32,000 bases of DNA from Halomicrobium mukohataei DSM 12286. Its GTDB lineage: Archaea > Halobacteriota > Halobacteria > Halobacteriales > Haloarculaceae. This document shows positions 1 to 5,634 of this stretch, piece after piece. How positions within the stretch are numbered: position 1 is the first letter of the stretch; each line of letters begins with the position of its first letter. The stretch covers positions 840,001-872,000 of the forward strand of contig NC_013202.1 of NCBI RefSeq assembly GCF_000023965.1. The letters are read 5' to 3'. The notes under the pieces are model-generated. The model saw only the letters and a program-made list of their open reading frames with translations, made no database searches and was not told the DNA's origin. A program made the position numbers and the translations under genes.

Positions 1-656
1 GCTTGCAGCATGGCGCTGCCCTGAGCCAGCGGAAGCAGTCGGAGTAGGTCGACGCCAGTCGTGGGCACAGCGACGAGGCCAGCCAACGCGAAATTACAGA
101 GGGCGAGCCAACTGTCGACTTTCTTGTAGAGGACCGATATGCCACCGACCGCGAAGCCGATACCGAACACCGAACTGACAGACAGTAGCACGATCGGCAC
201 GATCGTGAGGAGATCCACCTGGAGCTGTTGGCCCGTGATCACGAGCATCCCCAGGAGCATCAACGTCGAAACGAGCCCGGCGAAGACGAGCGTAGCGAGT
301 GCCTTCGTCAGGAGTACGACGTTGAATCCCAGCGGCGTGAGGAAGTGTCGCTCCATCGTCCCCCACTCGGATTCCTTCCAGATCGCTTTCCCCACGTCGA
401 TGAACGCGATCGTCGAAAGCGTCCAGAGGAAAAATCCGACAACGATACTGTCAAGCGACTTGTCGAACCCATCTCCGACGAGGGCACGGCCACCGAGGAA
501 GATCACCCCGAAAATGAGGGCATAGGCGAGTAACAATCCGCCCGTATCGACCGGATATCTGAGATAGACGAGAAGTTCCCGCTTTGCAACAACGCGGATC
601 AGGTTGGCGTACGACGCCCAGCCGCCCACAGCGGATCGGGCCCCCACGTCACTCAC
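1..656 (-). CDS. ABC-2 type transporter permease, partial (3' end runs off the window edge)
   Basis: My own minus-strand translation from GTG at 656 is open all the way to position 1. The GTG forms a GTGA overlap with the stop of the upstream ATPase fragment. Sequence: VSDVGARSAVGGWASYANLIRVVAKRELLVYLRYPVDTGGLLLAYALIFGVIFLGG...LLTIVPIVLLSVSSVFGIGFAVGG.... It has several hydrophobic helices and the usual position behind its ATPase. It is absent from the ORF track because it has no in-window stop. Confidence 0.7.
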   Translation of the reverse strand, partial: MSDVGARSAVGGWASYANLIRVVAKRELLVYLRYPVDTGGLLLAYALIFGVIFLGGRALVGDGFDKSLDSIVVGFFLWTLSTIAFIDVGKAIWKESEWGTMERHFLTPLGFNVVLLTKALATLVFAGLVSTLMLLGMLVITGQQLQVDLLTIVPIVLLSVSSVFGIGFAVGGISVLYKKVDSWLALCNFALAGLVAVPTTGVDLLRLLPLAQGSAMLQ

Positions 657-949
657 CCCCCGTCACTTCAACGAAGGCCTCTTTCATATCAGGGGTGTCG
701 GTCGCGATGTCGACGATCCGTGCGCCTGCATCCTGAAATCGGTTCATGAGGTGGTACAGTCCGTCGCTGTCGACAGCGAGTCGCACGATCGTGCGTTCGT
801 CTCGGGCGTCTATCGTCGCCTGAGGGAACCGCTCGTTGATCGCAGTCCGGACGGAAGTCGGGCAGTTCCTGAGGTCGATCCGGTATTCTTTCGTACCGAA
901 CATATCGAGGAGCGATGAAACGGTGTCGTCGGCGACGATTCGCCCGTCT

Positions 950-957
950 TGCATGAT
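950..957. repeat. Target-site duplication of the IS (left copy, TGCATGAT)
   Basis: The identical 8-mer (9-mer if the following A is counted) recurs at 1955-1962, directly abutting both IS ends. In the gene sense it encodes the duplicated I-M-(H/Q) codons. Confidence 0.85.
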
Positions 958-1954
958 ACGCTCTTGTGAAGCACGTTGTTGATTTTCAGAGTGCGGCGTT
1001 GAGAGCATGTTTGAGTGCTTCGTCACCTGGTTTTCTGTAGAGTTCACGGCGGAGTTCGAAGGCTCTGAGATACGGCGTTAGCTTGTCTTTCGAGACGCCT
1101 CGATGGGGCGAGAGCCACCGTCGCGTCAGCGACGCGTGGCTCTCGCAGCCGTTGACGTGTACTTCGCCATCAGCGTATTCACCGTCGCTGTGGACGACGT
1201 ATTTGCGGGTGAATGAGTCGTCGTCTTCTAGTGGGTCGTAGGCCCGAAATCCGTCCGTATAGACGGTCAGTGACTCCTCTTCGTGGTCAGCAAGCAGGAG
1301 TCGAACGGTCGATTCGTCAGCGGATTTCGCTGGCACGACGTACCGCTCGTCCGAACCACGATCGACGAGCGTGAACACCGGCGGTTTGTCGCCGTCGTAC
1401 GATCCCCGTCCACGCGTGGACAGGCCACGCGAGCGCGACTCCTGGTCACGCTCGCGGCCTTTGAGACCAGCAGAGACGTACACTTCGTCGATTTCGACCG
1501 GTCCAGACAGCGTAATCGAAGGCGCGTCGAGAGTTCTGGCGAACTGCTCGACGTGCCGTCTCACCGTCCGGTAGGAACAATCAAGCTCTGCCTCGATTTG
1601 CCGAATACTCGTGTTGAACCGTAAGAACACGTAGATCGTGAAGTACCATTCTTTGAGCTTCAGCTTCGAGTGAGCGAAGATCGTGTCGGTCTTGTCGTTG
1701 AACGTGCGACCGCAATTCTTACACAGATACCGTTGATACACCCGGTAGCTGCCGTTTCTGACCGTCAGGTCAGAACGGCAGCGGGGGCACTCGACGCCAT
1801 CACGCCAGCGAACCTGTTCCAGCAGGTCCGCTGCAGCCGATTCCGACACGAACCGGCTTATTGGGAACATATCGGGCACCGCTAGCGCGGTGCCCTTGCC
1901 CTCTTCGACTTTCAGCTCCAGCCATCGCTATCAACAATCTCCTTCGCAAGAGCG
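958..1954 (-). mobile_element. IS1595-family insertion sequence (about 1 kb, single transposase gene)
   Basis: The terminal inverted repeats are CGCTCTTGTGAAGCACGTTGTTGAT (959 onward) and, as the reverse complement of the right end, CGCTCTTGCGAAGGAGATTGTTGAT (ending at 1954). They match at about 21 of 25 positions. The element is flanked by the direct repeat TGCATGAT(A) and encloses one transposase ORF. Whether base 958 belongs to the IS or to a 9-bp duplication is ambiguous. Confidence 0.85.
986..1879 (-). CDS. IS1595-family DDE transposase with N-terminal zinc-ribbon
   Basis: 297 aa. The N-terminus has CPRC...CKNC (a transposase zinc ribbon), followed by VEIDEVYV...TDGFRAY...HVNGCESHASLTRRWLSPHRGVSK, which is typical of the IS1595 DDE domain. 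The gene sits between the inverted repeats. Confidence 0.85.
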   Translation of the reverse strand: MPDMFPISRFVSESAAADLLEQVRWRDGVECPRCRSDLTVRNGSYRVYQRYLCKNCGRTFNDKTDTIFAHSKLKLKEWYFTIYVFLRFNTSIRQIEAELDCSYRTVRRHVEQFARTLDAPSITLSGPVEIDEVYVSAGLKGRERDQESRSRGLSTRGRGSYDGDKPPVFTLVDRGSDERYVVPAKSADESTVRLLLADHEEESLTVYTDGFRAYDPLEDDDSFTRKYVVHSDGEYADGEVHVNGCESHASLTRRWLSPHRGVSKDKLTPYLRAFELRRELYRKPGDEALKHALNAAL

Positions 1955-1962
1955 TGCATGAT
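1955..1962. repeat. Target-site duplication of the IS (right copy, TGCATGAT)
   Basis: See the left copy at 950-957. Confidence 0.85.
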
Positions 1963-3059
1963 AATAACTCGATCACAGACGTCCTCAATGACGTCCATAT
2001 CGTGACTCGAAAGCAGTACCGTCATGTCCTGCTGGTCGATCGTGTTTCGGAGTTCTTTCTTGAGTTGCCTGGTGCTTTCAACGTCCAGACCGAGTGTTGG
2101 TTCGTCGATACAGACGATCGATGCGTCGGTGACGAGGACGCTGGCCAGCGAAACTTTCTGTTTCATTCCGCGCGAGAGATTCCGGACCACCTCGTCGCGC
2201 TTCTCATCGATTTCAAACCGCTGGAGAATCTCGTCACACTCTTCGAGAACGGCATCTGGATCCAGACCGCTAATTCCGGCAAAATAACGCAGATTTTCCT
2301 CGACGGTCAGTCGCCAATAGTTGTTCCTCGCCCCCTCGAGCATCGCATCGATCTGTCGGTGGGCGAGTCGAGGACGGTCGTGAACGTCGACGCCACCGAC
2401 CTCGACAGATCCCGAATCCGGAATCACCAGCCCGAGTATGGATTTGATCGTCGTCGTCTTCCCCGCCCCGTTCGGACCGAGCAGCCCCACCACCGAGCCG
2501 GGTTCGACGGTGAACGACAGGTCGTCCACCGCGGTCACCGCACCGTCGTCGAAACGCTTTGTGAGACCGTCGACCACGAGGTCTGGTGCGTCATTTGACA
2601 TTTCTCTGTGATTTATCCGATGTATCTCCGGTATTTATTATCTTCGTTATCACCAAGTGACGACGACCCAGTCTGTCGAGCGGGAGATCGTTCGAGACGG
2701 ATCCGATGACAGCCGATTTATAACTCTGTGAAACGGAGTGCGAGCGGAACGGACCGATCACGATAGTTCCGGGTACCGACACGACCGAGAACGTCGCAAG
2801 CAAGATCGGAGACACGACATTCCGATGGAATGGAGACAGCAATGCGTACGAGTCCTGTCTCGAACAGGGCGTTGTGATCGGACGGGACACAGAGGATGGG
2901 TATCGACGGGTCCACTTGCTCCGTCTTCTGGACTGTCGGCTGGACCCACCACGAGTGGAAAACTTATACTCGTACATCACAAATCACCCACGAACTGATG
3001 GGAACGCCAGTCCGTGATTTCAACGGCGACACCCGATAGCGCGACTATTCTACAGAACA

Positions 3060-3260
3060 ATGAAAGACATCGAAGAGAGCGTCTCGGGCTTCAAGCGTCG
3101 TGGCGGCTGGGTGAACGTCGTCGAGCACGGCGAACGGATCGTCCAGGCGCTGCGCGAGCTGGACGACGAGGACGGCGTTGAGCAGATCGACCGCCCGGAC
3201 CTGCTGGGCGGCGACGAGGCACGGGGCCGGCTCGTCCTGCGCTGGGAGGGCGAGCGATGA
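3060..3260 (+). CDS. Small acidic protein (66 aa), a short paralog of the N-terminus of the 239-aa protein at 10063-10782
   Basis: MKDIEESVSGFKRRGGWVNVVEHGERIVQALREL matches the other protein at 33 of the first 34 residues. The DNA differs at 11 synonymous sites and 1 non-synonymous site in codons 1-34. Weaker similarity continues to about residue 58. Confidence 0.6.
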   Translation: MKDIEESVSGFKRRGGWVNVVEHGERIVQALRELDDEDGVEQIDRPDLLGGDEARGRLVLRWEGER

Positions 3261-3264
3261 AACC

Positions 3265-3306
3265 CCGGGAGCGAACGGTGTGCCGCCGGGAGCGAACGGT
3301 ACGCCA
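3265..3306 (+). repeat. Two tandem copies of a 21-bp unit (CCGGGAGCGAACGGT core) upstream of the ferredoxin gene
   Basis: The 15-mer CCGGGAGCGAACGGT occurs at 3265-3279 and again at 3286-3300. The full 21-bp units match at 18 of 21 positions. They lie between the stop of the 66-aa ORF (3260) and the ATG at 3322. Confidence 0.8.
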
Positions 3307-3321
3307 CCGGAAGGACGAGGG

Positions 3322-3639
3322 ATGACGACGGCGACCATCACCGTCGAGACGCCCGACGGCGCGGTCCGAGAGATCGACTGCGAGGCCGGGCGCGTGCTGC
3401 GGGACGTGCTGGTGGAACACGACCTGTCGCCCCACAGCCGCCTGGCCGTCGCCAACTGCGGCGGGCGCGGACTGTGTGCGACCTGTGGCGTTCGACTCGA
3501 AACGCCTCCCGAGGCCGACCACTGGCACGATCGGCTGGCCGACCGTTTCGGCTACCCGCGACTGTCCTGCCAGATCGAGGTCGTCGACGGAATGGCGGTC
3601 CGGATTCCCGAGAAGCGCGTCTGGGGCCGGCGAGAGTGA
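3322..3639 (+). CDS. 2Fe-2S ferredoxin-like protein (105 aa)
   Basis: MTTATITVETPDGAVREIDCEAGRVLRDVL...NCGGRGLCATCGV...RLSCQIEV has the cysteine pattern and fold signature of plant-type 2Fe-2S ferredoxins. I chose the internal ATG at 3322 because the upstream extension of ORF 3178-3639 is Arg/Gly-rich and overlaps the preceding ORF. Confidence 0.8.
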   Translation: MTTATITVETPDGAVREIDCEAGRVLRDVLVEHDLSPHSRLAVANCGGRGLCATCGVRLETPPEADHWHDRLADRFGYPRLSCQIEVVDGMAVRIPEKRVWGRRE

Positions 3640-3685
3640 CCGTCCGAAGGACAAGCTGTATGCCCGCTCCGGCACAACGGCCGCT

Positions 3686-4297
3686 GTGACCGACGAGGCG
3701 TACGACACCGTCGCGGGCCGGGGGGAGGCGGCCTTCGAGGTGCAGGGCTCCGAGTTTATCGGCCGGGTGTGTCCGGCCCACACCGTCGACGAGGCGGAGG
3801 CGTTCGTCGACGCCGTGAGCGGAGAGTACGCCGACGCGACCCACAACGTCCCGGCCTACCGGGTGCGGGCCGACCCCTTGCGCGAGTATTCGAGCGACGA
3901 CGGCGAGCCGTCCGGCAGCGCCGGCAAGCCCGCGCTCAACGTCCTCCAGCAACGCGAAATCGAGAACGTCGCCGCCGTCGTCACCCGCTACTACGGCGGC
4001 ACGAACCTCGGCGTGGGCGGCCTCGCCAGAGCGTACTCGCGGGCCGTCAAGGACGCTGTCGACGACGCCGGCATCACGACCGAGCGACCCCACGAGCGGC
4101 TGACGGTCACGGTTGACTACGACGACTCGGGAACGGTGCGTGGCATCGTCGAGAGCACCGGCGTCGAGTTCGACGCGAGCTACGAGGCGACGGTGACGTT
4201 CGATCTGCGGGTGCCGGTCGCGGAGGCCGACACCCTCCGTGAGCGCATCGCCAGCGCGACCAGCGGTCGGGCACGGATCGGTTCGTCAGACGACTAG
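3686..4297 (+). CDS. IMPACT/YigZ family protein (UPF0029)
   Basis: ...FEVQGSEFIGRVCPAHTVDEAEAFVDAVSGEYADATHNVPAYRV...SSDDGEPSGSAGKPALNVLQQREIENVAAVVTRYYGGTNLGVGGLARAYS are the hallmark YigZ/IMPACT motifs. The start is set at the in-frame GTG at 3686 (203 aa), and its exact position is uncertain. Confidence 0.8.
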   Translation: MTDEAYDTVAGRGEAAFEVQGSEFIGRVCPAHTVDEAEAFVDAVSGEYADATHNVPAYRVRADPLREYSSDDGEPSGSAGKPALNVLQQREIENVAAVVTRYYGGTNLGVGGLARAYSRAVKDAVDDAGITTERPHERLTVTVDYDDSGTVRGIVESTGVEFDASYEATVTFDLRVPVAEADTLRERIASATSGRARIGSSDD

Positions 4298-4447
4298 ATT
4301 TCCGGGCCGAGAACGGGTTCGATCGTCCGTTCGAAGTTCCACTGGAACTCCTACTGGACCGCCGTGTTGCGGATTTCCACCCGAAGAGAAGGGGTTCGTG
4401 GATCGTCGAACGAACCGGTGATATCCATCCGTCGACCGTCCGGGAAC

Positions 4448-5125
4448 TTAATCAGTTCGGAACGCCCTGTCGCCGGCGTCGCCCAGGCCGGGGACGATGT
4501 AGCCGTCGTCGTCGAGTTCGTCGTCGATCGCGACCGTCAGCAGTTCCGCGCCGGGGTCGGCCTCGTTCAGACGGACCAGCCCCGGCGGCGCGGCCACCGC
4601 AGAGAGCACGAGGAGCTGCTCGGGGTCGGTCCCCTGCGAGCGGATCGCTTCGAGGACCGCGGCCATGGTCGAGCCCGTCGCGAGCATCGGGTCGGCGACG
4701 ATGACGGTGTCGGTCGCGCGGATCTCCGGTAGCTTCACGTAGTCGATCGAGATAGGGAACGAGCCGTCGTCTGCCATCCCGGCGCTCTCGTCCCGGCTGG
4801 CCGAGATGACCCCCTGCCGGGCCCGCGGAAAGGCCTTGAGCAGTCCCTCGACGAACGGCGTGGCCGCCCGCAGAACGTTGACGATCACCACGTCGCCGAG
4901 CCCCTTGACGCGCTCGCCCATCGTATCCGTCAGGGGTGTCTGGATGGCGACGTACTCGGTCTCCATGCGGCCGTCGATGATCTCGTAGCCACAGATTCGA
5001 CCGAGGCGGACCAGCCCCTTCCGGAACTCGACCTGTTCGGTCTCGACGTCACGGAGCCGCGACAGTTCGTCTCGTGCCAGTGCGTGGGTGATCACCTTCG
5101 CCTCGCCACGATCCTCGATAGCCAT
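4448..5125 (-). CDS. upp: Uracil phosphoribosyltransferase
   Basis: [44 protein letters not shown]...[19 protein letters not shown]...[14 protein letters not shown] contains the PRPP-binding and UPRT C-terminal motifs. The start is the internal ATG at 5125; the 72-aa upstream extension in the track is Arg/Thr-rich junk. Confidence 0.9.
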   Translation of the reverse strand: MAIEDRGEAKVITHALARDELSRLRDVETEQVEFRKGLVRLGRICGYEIIDGRMETEYVAIQTPLTDTMGERVKGLGDVVIVNVLRAATPFVEGLLKAFPRARQGVISASRDESAGMADDGSFPISIDYVKLPEIRATDTVIVADPMLATGSTMAAVLEAIRSQGTDPEQLLVLSAVAAPPGLVRLNEADPGAELLTVAIDDELDDDGYIVPGLGDAGDRAFRTD

Positions 5126-5183
5126 GCGCGAAGGCACGAGCGGGCGGCGCTTAACTGTTGATCGATCGCGCCGGAGCAGCGAC

Positions 5184-5426
5184 CTACGCGTCGCCGGCCC
5201 GCGGCGAGAACGACAGGTCGGCCTCCGTCTCCTCCTGTCCGCTCTCGGGCGTCTCCGTCTCGGCTTCGTCGTCGTCCGTCCCGTCGTCGTCCGCGTCGTC
5301 GCCCGCGCCGTCGTCCTCGTCGGTACCGACGGCACCGCCACCGCCGCCGTCGCTACAGCCGGCCAGCAGGCCGATGCTCGTGAGTGCTGTCGCCCTGACG
5401 AACTGTCGTCGAGTGCTGTCGTCCAT
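5184..5426 (-). CDS. Small Tat-signal lipoprotein (80 aa), possibly a 5' remnant or paralog of a TAXI solute-binding protein gene
   Basis: [31 protein letters not shown]... has a twin-arginine motif, an LAGC lipobox and an acidic linker. It parallels MGDHTRRRFIRATGLVSVTALAGCAGDDGGGG of the TAXI protein. The start at 5426 is supported by a shared promoter block at the same spacing. Confidence 0.5.
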   Translation of the reverse strand: MDDSTRRQFVRATALTSIGLLAGCSDGGGGGAVGTDEDDGAGDDADDDGTDDDEAETETPESGQEETEADLSFSPRAGDA

Positions 5427-5450
5427 GCACCCGGTCCTGGGGGTGGGACC

Positions 5451-5471
5451 CATTTCGTTATGCGACTCGAA
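5451..5471 (-). promoter_or_regulatory. Putative promoter (BRE/TATA-like) block shared with the TAXI operon
   Basis: In the gene sense it reads TTCGAGTCGCATAACGAAATG, with 24 nt between the block and the ATG at 5426. The TAXI gene has TTCGGGTCTCATAACGAAATG with 23 nt before its ATG. The two match at 19 of 21 positions. The spacing fits a TATA box for a leaderless transcript. Confidence 0.5.
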
Positions 5472-5543
5472 TCGGGAACAGTTCGCTCTTATCCGACGGT
5501 AAGGACGGGTGGCAGATCGAGAGGCAGTTCTACCCTCGACTTA

Positions 5544-5621
5544 TACTGCCGGCTGTAACTTCGTGAAGATCTTCGCCACCCCGGGGTGGCGAAATTGTTC
5601 ACAGATTTATAGCCGGTAGTA
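5544..5621. mobile_element. MITE-like palindromic element, copy 1 (78 bp), flanked by TTA/TTA
   Basis: TACTGCCGGCTGTAAC...central hairpin CGCCACCCCGGGGTGGCG...TTATAGCCGGTAGTA. The termini are inverted repeats of each other. The 3-bp direct repeats TTA lie at 5541-5543 and 5622-5624. It is intergenic, between the small lipoprotein gene and the stop of the TRAP permease gene. Confidence 0.6.
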
Positions 5622-5634
5622 TTACCGGGCCCGG

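Larger units (their letters stand above)
649..2601 (-). pseudogene. ABC transporter ATP-binding protein split by an IS insertion (N-terminal part 1955-2601, C-terminal part 649-957)
   Basis: ORF 1912-2601 carries Walker A GPNGAGKTT, signature LSRGMKQK, Walker B IVCIDEPTLGLD and H-loop SSHD. It reads ...CDRVIIMH and then 13 unrelated residues. ORF 649-1047 resumes at ...RIMQDGRIVADD. Removing 1005 bp (the IS plus one duplication) restores DRVIIMQDGRIVADD in frame, giving a 948-nt gene. Confidence 0.9.

Noticed and set aside
2602-3059. ORFs 2591-2980 (-), 2738-2998 (+) and others in the ~450-bp lower-GC gap between the ABC ATPase gene and the 66-aa ORF.
   Set aside because: Their products are basic, Ser/Arg-rich and motif-free. 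The region is more likely a divergent promoter or decayed spacer. I could not support any RNA gene there by eye.
4335-4349. A 15-nt perfect palindrome, AGTTCCA-C-TGGAACT, in the 150-bp gap between the convergent yigZ and upp genes. A GGTTCG-N12-CGAACC hairpin lies further downstream, near 4393-4416.
   Set aside because: Both are short and isolated and occur only once in the window. They are compatible with ordinary 3'-end hairpins and are not enough to call a feature.
4448-5341. N-terminally extended versions of real genes in the track. Examples: upp extended to 5341, hjc to 19815, the methyltransferase to 22738, leuS to 26920, usp to 29918, the ferredoxin from 3178, YigZ from 3476, the chitinase from 11178 and the squalene synthase-like gene from 26992.
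   Set aside because: The extensions are Arg/Thr/Pro-rich, overlap neighbouring genes or promoters, and precede an internal ATG or GTG at which the conserved family N-terminus begins.
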